From positions 10,401-74,400 of the forward strand of contig CAIKZP010000031.1 in NCBI GenBank assembly GCA_903831935.1: DNA of 64,000 nt, in the 5' to 3' direction. The notes under the pieces were generated by a model. That model had not been told where the DNA came from and ran no database searches. It saw nothing but the letters and a program-made list of their open reading frames with translations. The position numbers were made by a program, and so were the translations under genes. The stretch's first letter is position 1; each line of letters begins with the position of its first letter. Below, piece by piece: positions 9,370-17,962 of this stretch. Source of the DNA: an uncultured Bacteroidota bacterium. Lineage in GTDB: Bacteria; Bacteroidota; Bacteroidia; Chitinophagales; Chitinophagaceae.

Positions 9370-9384
9370 AAAATAATATTAGCA

Positions 9385-10929
9385 TTAAATAATTGGTACT
9401 TGTTTGTTATTTACAAATGACCATGCATAAGCAATTCTGCCATTTTCGCCTTGTGTAGCTATATCTTTTTGTAGCACCGATTTTATATATAGCATTTGAA
9501 AATCCGATTTAGAAACAACCATTTTTAAATGGCCTGTATTACTCAATTTATCTCCAGATAAATAGGCATTTTCATTATAGGTATTGTAACCAGGGTCGCC
9601 ACTCATGGGGCAAGTGATATAGGCTACACCATTGAGTTCTTGTCGGGCAAAAAGATGGTCGTGTCCTTGAATAAATGCATTGACTTTATGTTTCACAAAT
9701 AAATCGTGAATGGGCATTTCCCAATTTGGTCTATGTTTTGCAAATTCATTGATTCCTTTTCGATTGTTTCCACCCCATTCAAATTTATCGGCCCATTCTA
9801 TCGCACCACGGCAAGATCCTAGTACATGGTGCCCGAATACAATTTTATACTTTGCCTTACTTTTTTGCAAACTGTCTTTTAGCCAATGATACTGGTCGTC
9901 TCCAATAGTAAATGCCCATTGGTCTTTGCCTTTGTTTTTTCCAGGCTCTTTGTTATTACCAGGTTCTTTTTGATTACCCTTATTGTTTTTATTTGCAGGG
10001 TGTTCTTTTGCGCCACCTTGTTTTTGTTCTTTTTGTTTTTCTCTTTGTTCTTCGTCTTCTGCAGAAATATTAGAGTACCAAAATACATCCATAGTTACAA
10101 ACAAAACATCGCCCCATTCAAATGCAAAATAATTTTGGCGCATGCCATCTGTTGCATTATTAGACCCCGTATAAAAATTATCTGGCACAGGATTAGGAAC
10201 GAATTTTTTTCTAGCTGCAACACTCCATGATGCCAAGCAATTGTCTGTTCCGTCGGCATAAGCTTTTGCTTCCATTTCATGGTTTCCTAACACAAAGAAA
10301 AAAGGAACTGAATTGCACAAGGTGGTTAAATGCTCTCTTTGGTTTAAATATAATTCCGCTACTTTTTCATAATTAGGATTGTTCACCTTTGAAGCCCTAA
10401 AATCATCCCCCATAGAAAAATGCAAGTCTGAATTGCTTCTTACAATATTGTCAAGTGTTAATTGATACAGTTCAGGATTGCAATGATTGGGCGTTCCAAG
10501 GTGCGAATCGGCACTAATAGTAAAAATAAAATCACTGCCTTTTTTCCGTTGGGTATGAAAAGAGTTCATAGGCCCTTGCAAAAAGTTTTCGCTTTTGAGA
10601 TTGTTATAAGCAATTCTATAAAAATAGGGTTGATTCGGCAAAAGATTGGGAAGAATAAATTCATGAATATCCCCTTTTGATAATTGTACTTTTGGGGTCG
10701 ACAACATTTTTTGCTCCTTTTCTTTTCCATATTCTATATAAACTTCCATCTGCTGTTTTGCAAAGAAATTCATTAGAATTGATGACGCTGTTGGCCTTCC
10801 TAAAACAATCGTATACGGATTATTTTTAACTGCCTGTTTTACATTATTTGCTAAAGAACGAAAAGGATGCAACATCACTGCTAATGATGCCGCCAATGTT
10901 TTTTTAAGAAATTTTCTACGCGCTTGCAT
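9385..10929 (-). CDS. Tat-signal metallophosphoesterase, paralogue of 7945..9369 with a K/E/N-rich insertion
   Basis: 'MQARRKFLKKTLAASLAV' Tat motif. Motifs 'SADSHLG', 'MGDDF', 'LGNHE' and 'QGHDH'. Collinear with the neighbouring paralogue except for the ~50-aa low-complexity insert at residues ~289-337. Confidence 0.8.
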   Translation of the reverse strand: MQARRKFLKKTLAASLAVMLHPFRSLANNVKQAVKNNPYTIVLGRPTASSILMNFFAKQQMEVYIEYGKEKEQKMLSTPKVQLSKGDIHEFILPNLLPNQPYFYRIAYNNLKSENFLQGPMNSFHTQRKKGSDFIFTISADSHLGTPNHCNPELYQLTLDNIVRSNSDLHFSMGDDFRASKVNNPNYEKVAELYLNQREHLTTLCNSVPFFFVLGNHEMEAKAYADGTDNCLASWSVAARKKFVPNPVPDNFYTGSNNATDGMRQNYFAFEWGDVLFVTMDVFWYSNISAEDEEQREKQKEQKQGGAKEHPANKNNKGNQKEPGNNKEPGKNKGKDQWAFTIGDDQYHWLKDSLQKSKAKYKIVFGHHVLGSCRGAIEWADKFEWGGNNRKGINEFAKHRPNWEMPIHDLFVKHKVNAFIQGHDHLFARQELNGVAYITCPMSGDPGYNTYNENAYLSGDKLSNTGHLKMVVSKSDFQMLYIKSVLQKDIATQGENGRIAYAWSFVNNKQVPII

Positions 10930-10963
10930 ATCATTAAAAATGTGGGTTAATGAAAAGAAGTAA

Positions 10964-11485
10964 TTACCTAGTATGTTGTACAGTTAAAATTGCTGAATCC
11001 AACACATGCCCATTTATAGCTGCTAATAATTGATTGATTTTAATAGGATATGTATTGTCAATTTTTGGTTGCTCAGACAATGCATAAATAGTGATGATAT
11101 ATTTTTTTGCTCCAGGTCCTTTTGAGCAAGGTGGTGCATACCCTGGTTTATTGCTATGACTATTCATACCCCAAGTGCCAACACTAGTAGCACCTGCTGG
11201 CAAGTAATTAATATTTGCGGCTATATCGTACAATACAATATAGGCAAGCTTTTCGCCGGTTTTTGGAAAATGGTGCATGGTAATAGCATAGCCCTTTGTG
11301 CCAACAGGAGCATTGCTCCAGGCTAATTGTGGCGATATGCCTAAACTATCGCAAGTGTTTAATTTTGCAATAGGTCCATTGTTAACAAATGCATCACTAA
11401 ACAATGTGAATGCATTGGTTTTATTCGATTGTGCATTTACTGCCAATGACAATAGCATAAAAATTCCTATCATTAATTTATACAT
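10964..11485 (-). CDS. YbhB/YbcL (PEBP / Raf-kinase-inhibitor-like) family protein, secreted
   Basis: ATG 11485 gives the signal peptide 'MYKLMIGIFMLLSLAVNAQ'. PEBP-like motifs 'SPQLAWSNAP..TKGYAITMHH', 'YAPPCS' and 'KYIITIYAL'. The track start at 11560 overlaps the upstream gene. Confidence 0.7.
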   Translation of the reverse strand: MYKLMIGIFMLLSLAVNAQSNKTNAFTLFSDAFVNNGPIAKLNTCDSLGISPQLAWSNAPVGTKGYAITMHHFPKTGEKLAYIVLYDIAANINYLPAGATSVGTWGMNSHSNKPGYAPPCSKGPGAKKYIITIYALSEQPKIDNTYPIKINQLLAAINGHVLDSAILTVQHTR

Positions 11486-11504
11486 GCGTAATTGCTTTAT
11501 GTTC

Positions 11505-12692
11505 TTAATCTTTTTTTCTACCATTTCTTCTTTCATAACTAGCGGTTGTTTGATTTCCATCTGTATCTATAAAAGTAAAATAATAGCTGTTTTTTTCATC
11601 CCAATAATAATTGACAGAACCATTTTTTCCAGCAATTTTATACGTGATGGAAAAAGCATTATTGGCTGTTGCAACACAGTTAGTAATCACTGCGCCTCTT
11701 AAAGGTTTGAGTGGTGGCCGAACAGGTGCTGTAAATGCCTGGGGAAGGATTTGATTTTCTGGTGCAGGGGTTTTATTATCTGTGTTTACTTTTCCGCGCA
11801 TAGCAGCAATCATATAAGGATAATTTTTTGTGCCATGGTAATGATACAAACCATTCGCAGCAAAATGTCCATGACATTCATCGAGTGGCAATACTGCCGA
11901 TCCATCAGGTTCTTTTTCACCATAAACTGCAAATCCGTCTAAAGCAAACGCAATGGGTTTTAGCAATGAAATAGCCGACAAGTGCAAAGGTGCTGTATGG
12001 TAATGGTAATCGTCTCCTTTACCACAATGCCCTCCCCAATTATCTAATTCACCAATTAAATAAGCGTCTTCTCCTCGATTGTTCAAAGCATTAAAAATAG
12101 GAATCCCATTCACTGCTATTGCAATGGCACCGCGCATAAAATTATTTCTGGTACTCATTGGTGTTTCTGCCAACACAGGACGTAATGGTATGGGCCAAGC
12201 ATTTGACCCGGAATAATTTTGTGGGATGGGCACTTGTTGTTGCCAACTTGTTATGCCTATCATCATTGGGTGATTAGCAATACCTCGAGAGGATACATAA
12301 AAATAATTTTCGTCTGAACTAGTTGTTACCGCTGGTTGATAGGGCTCAAATGCCGATTCTAATAAACTTAAATCAGCCGGTTGATTTACCCTTACTTGCT
12401 CGTTGAGTGTATTATATTTTCGAATTTTAAATAGTGCTAAAGCCTTGTCTTGATCTGAAAGTAAATCTACAAATACGGTAATGCGGCCACCTCCTTTTTG
12501 TTCTAATACTATGGTGTTATCATGCGCCATTAAAAAATTTCCTTCAATAGTTCGGCCCGAGGCTAGGGTCCAAGTATTAAAAACATCATTTGGCAAGTAA
12601 TGTCCTCCAGGATGTGCAATGGCCATTTTTGTAACAAATAAAAAAAGCCCAGCCATACTAAGGTTCCTGATAAAAACCCTGAATTGTTTCAT
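11505..12692 (-). CDS. Secreted YHYH-domain protein with N-terminal SHD1-like module
   Basis: Signal peptide. 'WTLASGRTIEGNFLMAHDNTIVLEQKGGGRITV..LSDQD' resembles SLA1-homology-domain-1 repeats. The C-terminal half carries 'GGHCGKGDDYHYHTAP' and 'CHGHFAANGLYHYHG' (YHYH signature). Confidence 0.7.
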   Translation of the reverse strand: MKQFRVFIRNLSMAGLFLFVTKMAIAHPGGHYLPNDVFNTWTLASGRTIEGNFLMAHDNTIVLEQKGGGRITVFVDLLSDQDKALALFKIRKYNTLNEQVRVNQPADLSLLESAFEPYQPAVTTSSDENYFYVSSRGIANHPMMIGITSWQQQVPIPQNYSGSNAWPIPLRPVLAETPMSTRNNFMRGAIAIAVNGIPIFNALNNRGEDAYLIGELDNWGGHCGKGDDYHYHTAPLHLSAISLLKPIAFALDGFAVYGEKEPDGSAVLPLDECHGHFAANGLYHYHGTKNYPYMIAAMRGKVNTDNKTPAPENQILPQAFTAPVRPPLKPLRGAVITNCVATANNAFSITYKIAGKNGSVNYYWDEKNSYYFTFIDTDGNQTTASYERRNGRKKD

Positions 12693-12830
12693 ACAAGTAG
12701 TTTAAAACTTATAAATTATGATTGTTCATTAAAAATCAATTTCTCAAGTAAAGCTTTGACTATCAATCAAAATAAAAGTTTAATTAACAGTTAACAGCCT
12801 AATGCAAGTTGGCAAACAACCTTAACCACT

Positions 12831-12838
12831 TATCTTTG
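12831..12838 (+). promoter_or_regulatory. Putative -7 box (TATCTTTG) for the small ORF at 12856
   Basis: Matches the Bacteroidota TAnnTTTG consensus 18 nt upstream of the ATG. It is embedded in an 8-bp inverted repeat TTGGCAAA/TTTGCCAA. Confidence 0.35.
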
Positions 12839-12855
12839 CCAAGAAATAAGGTTGA

Positions 12856-13089
12856 ATGAAATATTTACTAGGAATTTTTTTGGGGATTTGTTTGGTGGTT
12901 TTACTATCCACACAAACTGCAATAGCACAATGTTCTATTTGCACCAAAACGGCTTCGCAATTGGGTGAAGGACCTGCAAAAGCACTTAATTCGGCTATCA
13001 TTTACCTTGCTTTTACACCATTTGCCATTATGGGATATATTGGTTGGCGTTGGTGGAAAAACGAAAAAGCACTAGAGAACAACGAATAA
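12856..13089 (+). CDS. Small membrane protein, unknown function
   Basis: 77 aa. N-terminal signal/TM, a 'AQCSIC' motif, and a second TM 'IIYLAFTPFAIMGYIGWRWW'. No recognisable family. Confidence 0.5.
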   Translation: MKYLLGIFLGICLVVLLSTQTAIAQCSICTKTASQLGEGPAKALNSAIIYLAFTPFAIMGYIGWRWWKNEKALENNE

Positions 13090-13101
13090 TTAAATTATTT
13101 A

Positions 13102-14064
13102 CTAGGGTTTGTACAAATAAAAACAAGCCCAATCTCCTTCTTGTATTTTATTGAGTCTATGCGCTTCTGCCCTAAAAGCACGCATTTGTTTTTTTGAAAA
13201 TAGATCTGGGTGTTCACCCTTGTTATAGCTATCTAAACTAAAGTCCTTCAAATACAATTCACTTCCATAAAACTGAAACTGATTAGAATCGTAAATGATA
13301 TCTGTTAGGTTCAGCCCTACTTTGTTTGCCAATAATTGCATGCTTTGGGTAGTGTGTAAAAAAAAGTGTCGGGGCGGATCTAAGTTTACCCAATTGGCTC
13401 CATATTTTTTAAATGACGAAGAGTCGGCTACTGGAATTCTAATTAATGCATAACTGCCTTTATTCAACAGTTTGTAAATATGTTGAACCACTTTTTCTGG
13501 TGCATCCATGTGTTCGAAAGAATGGTGAAACATAATAAAATCAAATGTTTCAGCAATGTCAAAAAAATCCTTTTTCAAAATAGAAACCCCGCACTGATAA
13601 TGAATATCATTACTTAAAAATGGATCGCTACCCATTAAATTTTTAAACCCTCCCCGATTCATTTCTAATAATAATTTTCCTGAGCCAGCACCAACATCCA
13701 ATATTTTTGAAGATAAAGTCAAGTACTTTTTTTTCATCCAAACTGGGGGCTTGCTACTAAAAATAGATACCAATGCTCCTAACAAATTTGGTCTGCCAAA
13801 AAAATGCTGGTAAGCAATTCCTTGACGCCAATTTTTAAAAGAAAATCCTGTTGCTTCTTTGGTTGCATAACTATAATAATCAGTTGGATAGTACTTAGCC
13901 ATATTGGCTGGAATGCTTTCTAGTTGCACTAAACCGCATGAAGCACATTGTATATAATTAAATGGCTCTTTAAAACCGAACATCATTTCTTTTGTTTGAA
14001 AAATTGTATTGCCTTTTTCATTAGCACAAACTTTACAAACCATTGAAGCAGTAGAATCTAACAT
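13102..14064 (-). CDS. Class I SAM-dependent methyltransferase with N-terminal Cys4 zinc ribbon
   Basis: 'CKVCAN...CASCG' zinc-ribbon pattern. SAM motif I 'ILDVGAGSGKLLLEM'. Post-I acidic 'GSDP'. Confidence 0.75.
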   Translation of the reverse strand: MLDSTASMVCKVCANEKGNTIFQTKEMMFGFKEPFNYIQCASCGLVQLESIPANMAKYYPTDYYSYATKEATGFSFKNWRQGIAYQHFFGRPNLLGALVSIFSSKPPVWMKKKYLTLSSKILDVGAGSGKLLLEMNRGGFKNLMGSDPFLSNDIHYQCGVSILKKDFFDIAETFDFIMFHHSFEHMDAPEKVVQHIYKLLNKGSYALIRIPVADSSSFKKYGANWVNLDPPRHFFLHTTQSMQLLANKVGLNLTDIIYDSNQFQFYGSELYLKDFSLDSYNKGEHPDLFSKKQMRAFRAEAHRLNKIQEGDWACFYLYKP

Positions 14065-14069
14065 AAAAA

Positions 14070-14984
14070 TTATAATTGAAACCTAAATGAAAAAAGAAAA
14101 CAATGTTTGAATTGAGAAATGATAGGAAAAGCCCTCAACTTATAATAGAAAATAGCATGCCGATGCTTCATTAAAAAAAGAAATAGTTTCCAATTTATTT
14201 TTTGCGTCATTGATGCATCCCATAATGTATATAACTCTTTAAAAAACATTTGATCACTCAATTTAAATGTACCAATGTTTTTAAAATTTGCTAAATGCGT
14301 ATTAAGCATTAATCGGAATTGTTTTCGCAAATCACTTTCAGATAAATGCTTTTGAATGGTTACATTATTTTCGTGCGCCCTTTGTTGCACCAATACCTCA
14401 GGCACAAATTGTATTTGCCCTGTAGTCATTGCCCAAAGCGCCAACCACCAATCGTAATAAACGCCTTCAGGAACTGGCAAAGCCATACTTAATAATGATT
14501 TTCTAATAAGCATTGCATGTCCACTGATGGTATTAAAAACAGCAATTTTTTTGGGGTCATTGCCTTCAATATGTCTAATGCGTGGATTTGAAACAGGATC
14601 AACTATTGGTTGCCCCTGAAAATGAATAGAGTTACAATAAATCAAGGAACAAGCATCCGCCAACGCAAAAACCAAGGTTTCTAATTTTCTTTCGTGCCAA
14701 ATATCGTCTTGATCAGAAATGGCTATCAGTTCGCAACTAGCGCTAGACATGGCATTTGAAAAGTTTGCAGAAAATCCCAAATTGGTTTCATTTCTACTCA
14801 CTCGAATTCTAGTATCTGTTTTTGCTAGTGCTTGTATGAGTTCGTAAGTGTTATCGGTAGAAGCATCGTCTGCAATAATTAATTCAGTAATAGGATAGGT
14901 TTGTAACAAAATGCTACGAACCTGTTCGGCCAAAAACAGGCTGCCATTGTATGTACATAAAACCACTGAGATAGGCCGAGTCAT
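14070..14984 (-). CDS. Glycosyltransferase family 2
   Basis: 'ISVVLCTYNGSLFLAEQVRSILLQTY', 'IIADDASTDNT' and 'SDQDDIW' (DXD region). Confidence 0.85.
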   Translation of the reverse strand: MTRPISVVLCTYNGSLFLAEQVRSILLQTYPITELIIADDASTDNTYELIQALAKTDTRIRVSRNETNLGFSANFSNAMSSASCELIAISDQDDIWHERKLETLVFALADACSLIYCNSIHFQGQPIVDPVSNPRIRHIEGNDPKKIAVFNTISGHAMLIRKSLLSMALPVPEGVYYDWWLALWAMTTGQIQFVPEVLVQQRAHENNVTIQKHLSESDLRKQFRLMLNTHLANFKNIGTFKLSDQMFFKELYTLWDASMTQKINWKLFLFLMKHRHAIFYYKLRAFPIISQFKHCFLFSFRFQL

Positions 14985-15061
14985 GATTAATTTTTATTTT
15001 AACACTAGGTTGAATACATTCGTAGCGCTGTTACACCCTTTCTATTTAATTATTAAAATCA

Positions 15062-15949
15062 ATGATGGTAAATATAGAAAAATTTAAGGCCGATACCGAG
15101 AATGGGGTTAAATTTTCTATTCTAATACCAAGTTGGAACAATTTGCCTTTCTTAGAATTGTGCATTAATAGTATTCGCAAACATTCTGCATTCAAGCACC
15201 AAATCATTGTGCACATTAATGACGGAAGCGATGGCACACTTGAATGGATAAAAACACAAAAAGATATAAGTTACTCTTATAGCCAAGAAAATATTGGTGT
15301 TTGTTATGCTTTAAATAGTTGCCGAACACTAGCAGATACAGATTATTTGTTATACATCAATGACGATATGTATGTATGCCCTAATTGGGATTTACCATTA
15401 TCAAATGAGATAGCAAATACTAACCATAAGTATTTCTTTTTTTCTGCAACAGCCATTGAAATTAAAGCCCAAAGTAATTGTTCAATAGAAAAAAATTACG
15501 GCGATAGTATTGCCAATTTTAAGGAAGCCGAACTATTAAAAGAATACAATACCCTTCCTATGAAAGACTGGAAGGGTGCAACCTGGCCTCCAAATATTGT
15601 ACACAAAGATATCTGGGATTTAGTTGGCGGATACAGTATTGAATTTAGTCCTGGCATGTATTCCGATCCAGACTTTTCGTTTAAACTTTGGAAAGCTGGC
15701 GTCCGTTTATTTAAAGGAATAGCAGAAAGTAGGGTCTACCATTTTGGTTCACTATCTGTAAAAAGAATTAAAAAAAATAGGGGCTACCATACTTTTATTT
15801 CAAAATGGGGAATGACTTCTGGAAGCTTTTCTAAATATTATATTCATAGAGGCGAACTATTTATAGCGCCGTTATCAGAACCAATAATACCAACAACCGT
15901 ACACCTTAAGAATTTTGCAAAACGATGCTGGACGGCTATTTGGCAATAA
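15062..15949 (+). CDS. Glycosyltransferase family 2
   Basis: 'FSILIPSWNNLPFLELCINSIRKHS', 'HINDGSDGT' and 'YINDDMYV' (DXD). Confidence 0.75.
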   Translation: MMVNIEKFKADTENGVKFSILIPSWNNLPFLELCINSIRKHSAFKHQIIVHINDGSDGTLEWIKTQKDISYSYSQENIGVCYALNSCRTLADTDYLLYINDDMYVCPNWDLPLSNEIANTNHKYFFFSATAIEIKAQSNCSIEKNYGDSIANFKEAELLKEYNTLPMKDWKGATWPPNIVHKDIWDLVGGYSIEFSPGMYSDPDFSFKLWKAGVRLFKGIAESRVYHFGSLSVKRIKKNRGYHTFISKWGMTSGSFSKYYIHRGELFIAPLSEPIIPTTVHLKNFAKRCWTAIWQ

Positions 15950-15952
15950 TTA

Positions 15953-16858
15953 CTACGCGTCTATTTTAAAAAATGTTTTCAAGCAAAACAATAGTTTCAT
16001 TAAAGCAGACTTTTTTTTGTAAGCGAGTATTAAGTTTCTATACCTAAAAAATAGTAGCATTCTATTTAAGTTATTTACTAAAGAATATGTTTGATAACTT
16101 TTATTAATCTGTTCTAATACTTTTTTTTGCGGTAAATGCTCCGGACATTTTTCAAATAAAACTTGCATTCTAGATCGTGCTTTCATTAATTTTTGGGCAG
16201 TGGTAGGTTTGCTTTTTTGATAGGCATGCGTATTTGCACCTATGGCATTTGATGCGTGTTGTCTATAATTAACTAGTGGCAAATCTACATAGTGTACTTC
16301 GCCTTTACAAGCTGCCACAAATCCCAACCAAAAGTCATGTGTAACCACTGCAGGAAAAGGCATACAGCGATTTACCAATTCTTTTTTAAACAACATGGCA
16401 TGCCCTGGTGCCCATGCACCAATCGTATACATTAAGCAATCGGTATAATGAATTTGATTTTTTATATCCGACATTTTTTTACCTGTACTATTTCCATGCT
16501 CATCTACCAATAATGAATTGCTATATACTAATTCATAGCCATTCATTGACTCAAATAAAACAGCCAATTTATTTAATTGCCAAATATCATCTTGATCGCT
16601 AAGTGCAATAAATGCGCCTTTTGCCAAGATCATTCCTTTTTCGAAAGTTTTAATATATCCTAAGTTATACTCATTGCAATACAAGCTGATATTTGCATGC
16701 AATTCCAGATACTTATTTATAATAGTAATTGTTTCATCGGTAGATGCATCATCTACAATTACAACTTCAATATTGCTATAAGTTTGTGCTAGAATACTTG
16801 TTAATTGCGCCTCTAAATATTTTGCGCCATTATAAGTAGCCATCACAACAGAAATCAT
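15953..16858 (-). CDS. Glycosyltransferase family 2 (paralogue of 14070..14984)
   Basis: ATG 16858 gives 'MISVVMATYNGAKYLEAQLTSILAQTY', then 'VIVDDASTDET' and 'SDQDDIW'. The track start at 16969 overlaps meaB. Confidence 0.8.
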   Translation of the reverse strand: MISVVMATYNGAKYLEAQLTSILAQTYSNIEVVIVDDASTDETITIINKYLELHANISLYCNEYNLGYIKTFEKGMILAKGAFIALSDQDDIWQLNKLAVLFESMNGYELVYSNSLLVDEHGNSTGKKMSDIKNQIHYTDCLMYTIGAWAPGHAMLFKKELVNRCMPFPAVVTHDFWLGFVAACKGEVHYVDLPLVNYRQHASNAIGANTHAYQKSKPTTAQKLMKARSRMQVLFEKCPEHLPQKKVLEQINKSYQTYSLVNNLNRMLLFFRYRNLILAYKKKSALMKLLFCLKTFFKIDA

Positions 16859-16871
16859 TGGAGTGTCTTGG

Positions 16872-17801
16872 CTATTTTTCAAGGCGATTGTTTTTTGTGG
16901 CACCAGCATATTTTGCACAGAAAGAAAATAAATTGAAAGAAGGATCTGCCGATAACGCACCAATTTCATCGTACAATAATTTCTTATCCATTCCTTTCAT
17001 TCGGTCCCTTTGAATTAACTGCCACGCTTTTTCTGCCAATAACCAAACTTTCCTATCACTGTGTTGGTGTATTTGAATGTGTTGGTCAATTTCAGCAACT
17101 AGCTCATCAATTCCAATTTTTTCGGAGGCAATTGTTTTTAATACTTTCAATTCCCATCCATTGGGCTGAGGGGCTGCAGTAAGTAGCATTTGTAAATTTT
17201 TTACAAATCGATCTGCATCGGGCCGATCTGCTTTGTTCACAACAAAAATATCCGCAATTTCCATTAAGCCCGCTTTCATATTCTGCACTTCGTCTCCAGC
17301 CTCAGGAACAAGTACCACAATAGTTGTATCTGCCAAACCAGTGATTTCAATTTCACTTTGTCCTACACCTACTGTTTCTACAATAATATGGTCGAAATGG
17401 CCGGCTTGTAATAACGCTACAATATCTAAAATATGTGGATGTAGTCCACCCAAAGATCCGCGAGTTGCTAAAGATCGAATATATACCAAGGGTTGATTGT
17501 ACCATTCACTCATGCGTATTCTATCTCCCAATAATGCACCCAAATGAAAAGGCGACGAAGGGTCTACGCAAAGCACTGCCACTTTTTTTCCAGCCGAAAC
17601 CCATTGCCCTATTAATGCATCTACAAGGGTGCTTTTTCCTGCCCCCGGAGGACCTGTAATACCTGTTACTGGTGTATTTCCTGTAGGTATTGCTTGTAAA
17701 AAAGCTTCGAATCCGGGCACTTCATTTTCTACTAAAGAAATGGCGCGTGCCAATGCTTTAAAGTTTCCTTTGGGTATTTCGGATAATAATGAATGCCACA
17801 T
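16872..17801 (-). CDS. meaB: MeaB/ArgK-type G3E GTPase (methylmalonyl-CoA mutase-associated)
   Basis: P-loop 'GITGPPGAGKSTLVDAL', 'VLCVDPSSP', 'IIVETVGVGQSE' and 'VVNKADR'. Confidence 0.85.
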   Translation of the reverse strand: MWHSLLSEIPKGNFKALARAISLVENEVPGFEAFLQAIPTGNTPVTGITGPPGAGKSTLVDALIGQWVSAGKKVAVLCVDPSSPFHLGALLGDRIRMSEWYNQPLVYIRSLATRGSLGGLHPHILDIVALLQAGHFDHIIVETVGVGQSEIEITGLADTTIVVLVPEAGDEVQNMKAGLMEIADIFVVNKADRPDADRFVKNLQMLLTAAPQPNGWELKVLKTIASEKIGIDELVAEIDQHIQIHQHSDRKVWLLAEKAWQLIQRDRMKGMDKKLLYDEIGALSADPSFNLFSFCAKYAGATKNNRLEK

Positions 17802-17962
17802 AATGTTTAGCTGGCCCTAAATTTAAAGTAAGTGTTTACAAATTCACGCAAAAAAAACAATAACTGGCCTAAATGACTGATAAATCTTAAAAAATAGCTT
17901 TCTGCTTTTTTTGAAAACGAATTCTTTCCATAAAATTTAGTAGCATTGAATAGCCTTAGCAC

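Noticed and set aside
9879-10230. Repetitive T/G-rich DNA with two overlapping small ORFs (9879..10088 minus, 9886..10230 plus). This could suggest a tandem-repeat locus or a separate gene.
   Set aside because: The region lies in frame inside the 514-aa metallophosphoesterase and simply encodes its K/E/N-rich insert. The small ORFs are low-complexity shadow frames, and the spacing is not CRISPR-like.
11298-11702. 134-aa plus-strand ORF. Similar antisense ORFs were also considered: 3487..3681, 4666..4912, 7064..7420, 17233..17820, 25934..26281, 32665..33201, 39117..40285, 50482..51608, 51963..52359, 53112..53449 and 56630..57417.
   Set aside because: All lie entirely within, and opposite or out of frame to, long ORFs with strong family motifs. 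Their translations are low-complexity or hydrophobic nonsense typical of shadow frames in AT-rich DNA.
356-17801. A functional link between the B12 riboswitch/BtuB-like receptor and meaB 14 kb away.
   Set aside because: They are separated by many unrelated operons on both strands, and no B12-dependent mutase is present in the window. The proximity is most likely coincidental.
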